Shown: piece after piece, positions 1-6,660 of the stretch
How the letters are laid out: every line of letters starts with the position of its first letter
Position numbering within the stretch: the first letter of the stretch is position 1
NCBI GenBank assembly: GCA_001600695.1
Contig: BCKQ01000020.1
Location: 28,653-36,150, forward strand
Reading direction: 5' to 3'
DNA from: Ascoidea asiatica JCM 7603
Lineage: Eukaryota > Fungi > Ascomycota
Length of the DNA: 7,498 nt
Notes under the pieces: generated by a model
The model's database searches: none
What the model saw: only the letters and a program-made list of their open reading frames with translations
Told to the model about the DNA's origin: nothing
Position numbers and translations under genes: made by a program

Positions 1-2
1 TT

Positions 3-95
3 AATTCATGTCCTGTAATTACCAAGGTTCCAAAACAAAGATTCAATTTCAGATTACCATCTTTCAATCAATTATTACCTAATGATCAAATTTAA
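3..95 (+). CDS. Probable 3' end of a gene starting upstream of the window (...NSCPVITKVPKQRFNFRLPSFNQLLPNDQI*); product unknown, possibly a transcription regulator
   Basis: The frame from nt 3 is open to TAA at 93-95, uses host-like codons (TTA, CCA, CAA, AGA) and is followed by a T-rich, 3'UTR-like region. The terminal RLPSFNQLL resembles the LP(S/P)-hydrophobic-xx-L motifs of fungal transcription factors. Only 30 codons are visible. Confidence 0.55.
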   Translation, partial: NSCPVITKVPKQRFNFRLPSFNQLLPNDQI

Positions 96-295
96 TCAAT
101 TAATCATTCAATTTTCATTTTTCACCTCTCAAATTCAATTCTTTCACTTCTTCCATGCTTTCACGTATTAATTTCCCTTACTCCAACTCAATTTTTTTTT
201 TCATATCTTAACTATTACTTACTTTATTATTTTCTGTCTTTTTTGTATCTTATTAGTTTATTTACTACCGGTTATTATTTTCCTATTTTATTATT

Positions 296-392
296 GGTAT
301 TTTGGTATTTTGGTTTTTGATTTTTGATTTTTGGTTTTCGGTATTCAGTATTCAGTATTCAGTATTCGGTATTTGGTATTTGGTATTTGGTA
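296..392 (+). repeat. Imperfect 7(-8)-bp tandem repeat, ~13.5 units (GGTATTTT x2, GGTTTTT, GATTTTT x2, GGTTTTC, GGTATTC, AGTATTC x3, GGTATTT x3, partial)
   Basis: Read directly from the sequence. Confidence 0.9.
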
Positions 393-1392
393 ATTAGGCA
401 TTTTACGACTTTGGTTCAACTTTTTTACTTATTGTATCTACTTTTATCTATTTTAAAATTGGCTGGGCCTTTTAAATCAATCAACCTAGGGTTCTTTATC
501 GGTTATTTTCTATTATTTTCTATTATCTATTCTATACTTTTTATCCTTAGTTAGTTATTCAAATTATATGTCTTTCAAATTTAATGTTTTTAATTATTAT
601 TCAATACTATTATTCAATATTAATTTTATATATTAATAAAATATTTATTTCAAGTATAAGCGAATATTGAAATTACCAAAAAAGAGAGGAATTGAAAATG
701 ACAGTGCATTTTAAATCGACTACCAATAATCAGAAATAGTAAATGAATTGTGAATGAGTTTTAAAACCAAACATGGAAATTACCGAGTTTACCAAGAAAT
801 AGACAAAAGAAAATTAATGACGGACCATAATATGATTTCTTGGGGTTTGTTAAGTACTTGAAAATTTGTTAGCAGAATACTAGTAGTTGTTAACAAATTG
901 TGGAATTAGAATTTAAAATTCAAATTAAGAATTCGTATTAAAACTTCTTTTTGATCTTCTTTGTTAAGTCTTTTGAATTAATTTGTAAGTTTTGAAGCTC
1001 AAAAGTAAGGTTGCTCGTCGATTAACGGAGCCCGTTGTAAGTGAAAGGTCTTTAACTATGGGCCATTATGTAATCGATTGTAGCAAAAGAAAAGTATGAT
1101 GAAAGTAATAATGAAAGTAAAAGTAATAGTAATAATAATAATAATCACATTTCAAATATTTGTAATAGTTATCATACAGTGATTAAAGTATTCTTGGTAA
1201 TCATGTTGTAATCAGATTGTAAACACTTTTTAGGAATGAGGGAATTTATTTACTTTTTATGATTTCATTGCCAAATCATATTTCTAGAAAGAATCTGTAT
1301 AATCACACCAAGTCGCCGAGATTGATTGGACTGAACTGGTATATGGCAAAGAAGTAGAAGAAGAAGAGGAAAGAGAAATGGTTGGCTTAAGG

Positions 1393-1619
1393 TTATCATC
1401 ATCACCATTATTGTTATCATTATTATCACCATCATCTAATAATTCACCTATTGCCTTTATAATAACAGGAACCATACCTCCTGTTTCAATTTGAATTTCT
1501 TCATGATCAATAACTAAATATATTTTATTTATATTTCTTATATCAGCAGTATCTACTCCATTATCTTCTCTTAACATTTCTTCAATTATATCATTCCAAG
1601 TATATAAAGCTTTACAACA
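1393..1619 (-). pseudogene. Unassigned coding-like fragment (CCKALYTWNDIIEEMLREDNGVDTADIRNINKIYLVIDHEEIQIETGGMVPVIIKAIGELLDDGDNNDNNNGDDD); core of ORF 1284-1577
   Basis: The frame stays open upstream of the ATG at 1577 up to a TAA at 1620-1622. It has A/T-ending codons and a D/N-rich tail like the host SCC4 gene. The remainder of the ORF (poly-Ser, 1284-1392) is the antisense of a GAA-rich + strand segment. Family not recognised. Confidence 0.4.
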
Positions 1620-1700
1620 TTATGAAGAGCTTCACCATATGCCTGCCTACCTAAGAGAAATAAATATCTTTACAAGGTTGGTTCCTACAATTGAATTATC

Positions 1701-1728
1701 AATGAATGTATTTCAATGAATGTATTTC
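1701..1728 (+). repeat. Perfect 14-bp tandem duplication AATGAATGTATTTC x2
   Basis: 1701-1714 is identical to 1715-1728. Confidence 0.9.
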
Positions 1729-1829
1729 TTATTAGTTTTTGTTATTCTTGAATATCATAAGCTTATAAACTTGAATAAATAAAGAGAAAAGTTACTGGTT
1801 TATGTTATATCTTTGATTCATGATCACAA

Positions 1830-2010
1830 AGTGGCAAATTCCAATTGATTGTTGTTTGTTGTTTGCTTGTTGTTGTTTGTTCATTGTTAAGTTTTGCCAC
1901 CGGACTGAACCCGGGAGTTTGGCGCTGTACTGGTCAGGTGACTGTTATTACGTAATCACTGGTTTCTTGTTTAAAATTATTTGTTTATATTTCATAATAT
2001 AATAAACAAT
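1830..2010. promoter_or_regulatory. Probable SCC4 (possibly bidirectional) promoter: AGTGGCAAA 1830-1838 (+), GGTGGCAAA 1893-1901 (-), GTCAGGTGAC 1933-1942, ATTACGTAAT palindrome 1947-1956, inverted ATAAACAA pair 1981-1988/2002-2009
   Basis: The motifs cluster in a GC-richer island ~115-295 bp upstream of the ATG. GGTGGCAAA is the canonical Rpn4 PACE element. The other assignments are consensus-level only. Confidence 0.6.
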
Positions 2011-2030
2011 ACGAATGAGGAAATATTGAT

Positions 2031-2093
2031 GATAAAGAAGATAAAGAAGATAAAGAAGATAAAGAAGATAAAGAAGATAATGAAGATAGAGAA
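2031..2093 (+). repeat. 9-bp tandem repeat GATAAAGAA x5, then GATAATGAA and GATAGAGAA, just upstream of the SCC4 ATG
   Basis: Read directly; units start at 2031, 2040, 2049, 2058, 2067, 2076 and 2085. Confidence 0.95.
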
Positions 2094-2123
2094 TCATTTC
2101 AAATAATCATTTAAATAAAAGAA

Positions 2124-4457
2124 ATGGAAGGAATAGAAATTATAAAAGATAATATTAGAGATGAAATAAAAAATATAAAAATTAATAATAATATAAATTC
2201 AATTCAATTAAATGAAAATTCATTAATTGAAATTTTATTATCACTTTCAAATTCATATATTCAAAAAGCTCATAATTTAATAAATTTAATTAATAATGAT
2301 GATTATTATAAATTAATTTATATGAGTATAAAATGTTTAACAACAATAATTAAAATTAATAATAATTTATTAATTTCAATAAATCCAATTATTGAAATTC
2401 AAATATATTTAAAATTAACTGAAATTTATTTTAATGAAACTGAAAATTTTAAAATTTGTGAAAATTTTATAAATAAATCAATTTATTTATCAAATAGATT
2501 AAATAATTTAAATTTAAAATTAAGTTGTGAATATTTTTTATCTTTAATATTATCAAAATTAAATTTAAATATTTCTATAAAATTTATTGAAAAAAAAATT
2601 AATGAAATTAAATTATTAAAATTAAATAAAAATTGGATAAATTTATTTAAATTTTTAAAAATTAATTTACTTTTAAATATTGATAAAAATTTATCATTAT
2701 CTGAATTAAATAACTTAATTAATGAAGCTGGTAATGATAATGATACCGAAAATGTTTATGATGATGAATTTAAACAATTATTTATAATTTATAAAATTAA
2801 TTTAAATTTATATCAAGGATCTCCATTAATTTCAAGAAATTTAATTGAGAATATAGTTTGTAAAAAATTTAATAAACAAAGTCCTCAATTATATGCAATT
2901 ACAATGTTTAATAGATTTAATTTATCTATATTATCAAATGATTTTACAACTTCAAAGAAATTAATAAAAATTTTAACAAAATTTATTAAAGAACAAAAAG
3001 AATTTATTAAAAGTCAAGAGAGTCAAGAGAGTCAAGAAATTAAAGAAAATGAAGAAAATGAAGAAAATGAAGAAAGGAAATTACCAATTTGGAATAAAGA
3101 TGGTACATTTAAAATTAATTTAATTTTAGATAATAATTTTAAAATACCATTTAAAATTCAATGGTTTTCATTAATTGAAATTGAAATAATTTTAAATTTT
3201 TATTCTGGTTTATCATATTTATCAAAATATTCTTTTAAAGATAAATCAATAAATTATCTTAATAATTCATTAAATTTATGTAATTTTCAAATTAATAATT
3301 TATTAAATAATAATAATAATAATTATAATGAAAATAATTTTAATTCAAGTATAAATAATTTAAATAATAAAATTATTCAATTAAAATATATAAAATTTGA
3401 AATAATTTATTATATTATTTATTATAATTATTTAATTAATGAAGATAATTTAAATTTTGAAAATAATAAAAAAAAAATTATAAATATTTTAAATGAAATT
3501 AATAAATTAAATGAATTTGAGAAATTTTATTTTAAAAATTTTAAAATTAAATTTAAATTTTTATTTAGTTTAATTTTACAAAATCAAGGTGAATTAAATT
3601 TTGCAAAAAAATTATATATAAATATTCGAAATTCACTTTCATTAGAATATAAAATTGGAAATGGCTTTATGAATGATAAAAATTATAATCAAATGAATTA
3701 TAATAAATATATATTAAATTTTGGTAATGAAATTATTAAACCAATTAAAAATCAATCTCAAATTTATATATTTTCAATAATGAATTTAATTTTAATAATT
3801 GAGAATAAATTAAATTTTAATAAAAATTTAATTAATAATATTATAAAAATTGAAGAATTAACAAATGAAAGAAATTTTTATTTAAAAGAAATTAATAATT
3901 ATTTATTAAATAGTATTAATAATTATAATAATATTTTAAAAGAAAAAAGTATTGGTGGTAATGGTGGTAATGGTGGTGGTGGTGGTGGTGGTAATAATAG
4001 TAATGATTTTATTTCAACAGATTTATTAGTTTTACAAACTATAAAAATATTTAAATGTTTATTTAATGATTTAAATTTTAAAATTCAAAAAAATTTATTA
4101 AATGAAATTATTGATATAAGAAATTCATTTGAAACTTTATCACCACAAATTTATTCAATTGGTTGTTTAATATTAAGTAATAATGATAATGATAGTAATA
4201 GTATTGGAAATTTTAATGAAATTAAAAAATTTTTAATTAATTCAATTTATTATTCTAAGAAAAGTAAATGTAAAATTATAAATTATTTTTCCAATTTTTT
4301 ATATTTAGAATTATTAATTAAATATAATAATAATAATGGAAAAGGAACTGGTGGTGGAATTAATGATGGGAATAATTTCAATAATGAGATTGAAGTTGAG
4401 AATAAGAATTGTGAAGTTTTAAGAAATGAAGTTAATGAATTATTTGGTAATTCTTGA
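2124..4457 (+). CDS. SCC4: Cohesin loading factor subunit Scc4 (Ssl3/MAU2 family; Cohesin_load-type helical repeat protein), 777 aa
   Basis: Long uninterrupted ORF. The N-terminal block LLSLSNSYIQKAH...YYKLIYMSIKCL...EIQIYLKLTEIYFNETENFKICENFINKSIYLSNRLNNLNLK matches the fungal Scc4 pattern (YYKLI...CL...L.EETEN...AE..L.K). The central WNKDGTF..FKIQWFS..EI...FYSGLSYL and late QNQGELNFAKKLY segments also fit. Recognised by eye. Confidence 0.85.
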   Translation: MEGIEIIKDNIRDEIKNIKINNNINSIQLNENSLIEILLSLSNSYIQKAHNLINLINNDDYYKLIYMSIKCLTTIIKINNNLLISINPIIEIQIYLKLTEIYFNETENFKICENFINKSIYLSNRLNNLNLKLSCEYFLSLILSKLNLNISIKFIEKKINEIKLLKLNKNWINLFKFLKINLLLNIDKNLSLSELNNLINEAGNDNDTENVYDDEFKQLFIIYKINLNLYQGSPLISRNLIENIVCKKFNKQSPQLYAITMFNRFNLSILSNDFTTSKKLIKILTKFIKEQKEFIKSQESQESQEIKENEENEENEERKLPIWNKDGTFKINLILDNNFKIPFKIQWFSLIEIEIILNFYSGLSYLSKYSFKDKSINYLNNSLNLCNFQINNLLNNNNNNYNENNFNSSINNLNNKIIQLKYIKFEIIYYIIYYNYLINEDNLNFENNKKKIINILNEINKLNEFEKFYFKNFKIKFKFLFSLILQNQGELNFAKKLYINIRNSLSLEYKIGNGFMNDKNYNQMNYNKYILNFGNEIIKPIKNQSQIYIFSIMNLILIIENKLNFNKNLINNIIKIEELTNERNFYLKEINNYLLNSINNYNNILKEKSIGGNGGNGGGGGGGNNSNDFISTDLLVLQTIKIFKCLFNDLNFKIQKNLLNEIIDIRNSFETLSPQIYSIGCLILSNNDNDSNSIGNFNEIKKFLINSIYYSKKSKCKIINYFSNFLYLELLIKYNNNNGKGTGGGINDGNNFNNEIEVENKNCEVLRNEVNELFGNS
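3012..3074 (+). repeat. In-frame 9-bp coding repeats (AGTCAAGAR x3 = SQE; GAAAATGAA x3 = ENE) in SCC4
   Basis: Read directly. Confidence 0.85.
3954..3992 (+). repeat. (GGT)n/AAT coding microsatellite encoding GGNGGNGGGGGGG in SCC4
   Basis: Read directly. Confidence 0.9.
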
Positions 4458-4461
4458 TACT

Positions 4462-4497
4462 TAGATACTTATGTAAATAGATAAATAGAAAACTTTT
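4462..4497 (+). terminator. Putative yeast 3'-end formation signal for SCC4 (TAG...TATGTA...TTT)
   Basis: TAG at 4462, TATGTA at 4470-4475 and TTTT near 4494 follow the stop codon directly. These are short motifs in AT-rich DNA. Confidence 0.4.
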
Positions 4498-4791
4498 CCA
4501 TTACAAAAGGAAGTTGAAGGATTTAATGATAGTGATTTATATTAATTATCTCAGTTCTGTATCATAAATGACTATTTCTTTATAAAACAATAATATTTAA
4601 TGAAATGATTATGACTTTTGCTTCATTTTTGATGATTCTCTCAAAATATTATTATTTCTAGTCTAAATATCTCTTATAACTTGATCCATTTCTATTTCCA
4701 TTTCCTTTTCTCTCTCTTTTGATTAATATAATCTCCATTGATGAACTTTTATTATCAATTGAATCATTAAAGAACCAATAATTTTAATTCT

Positions 4792-4845
4792 AATGTTATT
4801 TAAATGTTATTTAAATGTCATTTAAATGTCATTTAAATGTTATTT
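4792..4845 (+). repeat. 11-bp tandem repeat AATGT(T/C)ATTTA, ~5 copies
   Basis: Units start at 4792, 4803, 4814, 4825 and 4836. Confidence 0.95.
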
Positions 4846-5068
4846 CTAATAAAAAGTTAATAAAAAGGTAATAAAATATTGATTTGATCACGTAATAAAA
4901 GTAATTATTGATAAACTTCTTAATACTTTTTCTTACAATTTCCCATGAATAAACTTATCAATTTCATTTTTTGAATAGTGAGTAAATTGTAAAAACTATC
5001 TCATTCTTACTCAATTTATTTTCTTCAATTTTATTTTTATTTTATTTTATTATTCTTCAAATTCTTCA

Positions 5069-5212
5069 ATCTCATCACAATCATTTATTATCATTTATTA
5101 TCATTTATTTTCAATAATCTCATCTCGTTTAACTTTCAAAATGAATTTTAAATACAAAATTCTTGAATATTTCCCTTTTTTTTAAACAAATCTCAAACGG
5201 GGTTTTTTTTTT
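5069..5212. promoter_or_regulatory. Promoter-like region with two PAC-type motifs (ATCTCATCAC 5069-5078; ATCTCATCTCG 5117-5127) and poly(dT) tracts, with no intact adjacent gene start
   Basis: The reverse complements GTGATGAGAT and CGAGATGAGAT contain the PAC core GATGAG. T runs lie at ~5176-5183 and 5203-5212. No exact RRPE was seen. Confidence 0.4.
5081..5110 (+). repeat. 10-bp tandem repeat TCATTTATTA x3 (last copy with one mismatch), between the two PAC-like motifs
   Basis: Read directly. Confidence 0.9.
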
Positions 5213-5635
5213 CAAAATCTTTTTAATTGAACTTATTTATAATTTTATTCCAATCATCATCACAAATCAAATTCAAACTTATCTATATTCTAATTAAATC
5301 TTTAAAAGACAAGAAAGTATTCAAATAAAAAACTTCTATTAGAAAATATAGAAAATATCATCAATCACTAGAAATTATGACATTCTAAATAAAAGAATGT
5401 ATTCAATTTACCATTTTAAAAAGTATTTATACTCTATTATACTTGAATTCATTAGGTTTTAGATCTTTTTTGGTATCATTATCTTTTGTATTGTCATTAT
5501 CCAAAAACAAAGTTATACTTCATCATATATAATGAATAAATCTTTGAATCCAAGATAATCTTATGACTGGCAGTTTAACAGTAGTTACAAAACTGCATCA
5601 ACCACTTAATTTAAGCTAAGAGCCAATAAAAAAGA

Positions 5636-5860
5636 CAAGATGATGAAAATAGCACATTAGAAGAAGAACTTGAAGAATTTTATAAGCTAGCAGAGTTACT
5701 TAATTTCAGTTTTTAAAAAATTCAAAAGCTTCAATGATATTAATTCAATGATTTTCAAGATCTATGTTTTGAAATTAAATTCTCAATGATTGAATTTCCA
5801 GACCATGGGGTTCTATCTGAAGTACCTAAAATAGTTATCATTATATTAAATCTATTTCTT
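5636..5860 (+). pseudogene. Decayed coding relic (QDDENSTLEEELEEFYKLAELLNFSF*KIQKLQ*Y*FNDFQDLCFEIKFSMIEFPDHGVLSEVPKI...), possibly the N-terminal domain of the RNase III pseudogene
   Basis: Protein-like frame with 3 stops. The pattern L..SF.KI..L (5699-5731) resembles a helix of the Rnt1 N-terminal domain as I recall it. Weak. Confidence 0.3.
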
Positions 5861-5989
5861 AAAAAAACACTAAGGGATTTATTAATTTTTATTAGATGAA
5901 ACAACTTGCTTCATAAAAATAATTTTGATCAATGAATTTAAAGGATATTCATAATTGGGAGAGAAAAGTCCAGTAACTTGTGAATAGTG

Positions 5990-6659
5990 AAGTTGAAGTT
6001 GCAATTAAAATTTGAATTTTATTATTTTGAAATAATTCATGACTTATTTTTCTATCACTTTCAACTAATCCTGCATGATGTAATCCAATACCAAATTGTA
6101 AAGAAATTTTTAATATTTCATCTTTAACTCTTTCAATAATTGTTTCAATTTCTTCTTCTGAAGTTTTTAAAAATCTTCTTGAATTTGTTTCCATTCCACA
6201 TAAATGAATTAAATCTAAAGCTGTTAATATTGTTTGACGACGTGATGCAACAAATATAAGTACTGGTTTTTCTGGTGAACGTTGTTTAATAGCCATATAA
6301 GCAGGTTTATTCTTTTTTTTCATTAATGGACAAAATGCTAAATTATCTGGAAATCCATCAATATACATTTGAAGTGGTACAGGTCTAACAGACTGTGGGA
6401 AATTAAATAAACCATTTTGAATTCCTAACCAACTTGCCATATCCATTGCATTTGCAACAGCTGTTGACATACCCAATAATCTCACTGGTTTTTTAGTTTG
6501 AGAACTTATATAATTCATTCTACTAACAATCATTTCTAAAATTGGTCCTCTATCACTTGCTAATAAATGAATTTCATCCATAATAACTAAAGAAATATTT
6601 TGAACAAAAGATCTTGTTTGCCAATTACGTGATATACCATCAAATTTTTCAGGGGTTGT
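5990..6659 (-). pseudogene. SLH1: Internal fragment of SLH1 (Rqt2/ASCC3-type Ski2-like DExH helicase), C-terminal helicase cassette from motif Ib to motif V, truncated at both ends
   Basis: [70 protein letters not shown] and QILIATST are characteristic of the yeast Slh1 second cassette. Homology starts abruptly at TTPEK (6659; no Walker A) and stops after ATST (5991; no LAWGVN, motif VI or Sec63 domain). The ORF-track start at 6746 is TTG. The first ATG is at 6683, giving 244 aa. Confidence 0.88.
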
Positions 6660-6660
6660 A

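Noticed and set aside
324-554. 76-aa hydrophobic ORF
   Set aside because: TTG start, begins within the heptamer repeat, and its F/L/I/Y content simply reflects T-rich non-coding DNA.
815-1080. - strand frame that reads plausibly if stops are reverted, suggesting RIP-like C-to-T mutation
   Set aside because: Stop frequency is about what random AT-rich DNA gives, there is no recognisable motif, and RIP is not established in budding yeasts.
1393-1619. Assignment of the fragment to AP/COP sigma-zeta subunits, the Esc2 SUMO-like domain or hydantoinase
   Set aside because: Each matched only a few residues with wrong spacing, so the fragment is left unassigned.
1820-2002. 60-aa Cys-rich ORF
   Set aside because: The cysteines come from TTGT/TGT simple repeats, it overlaps the promoter motif cluster, and there is no recognisable family.
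4600-4780. - strand coding-like patch (EKEMEIEMDQVIRDI*...) loosely similar to the SCC4 start
   Set aside because: Short, interrupted and explained by purine-rich low complexity.
4888-5020. Point-centromere-like layout (ATCACGTA followed by AT-rich DNA)
   Set aside because: CDEI is mismatched and there is no CCG-containing CDEIII at the required distance.
4972-5990. TGAATAGTGA repeated at 4972-4981 and 5981-5990, and CTGCCTAC at 1643-1650 (+) and 6658-6665 (-), as possible TSD or target motifs
   Set aside because: They do not flank the same insert, and 8-10-bp matches are expected by chance in a 7.5-kb window.
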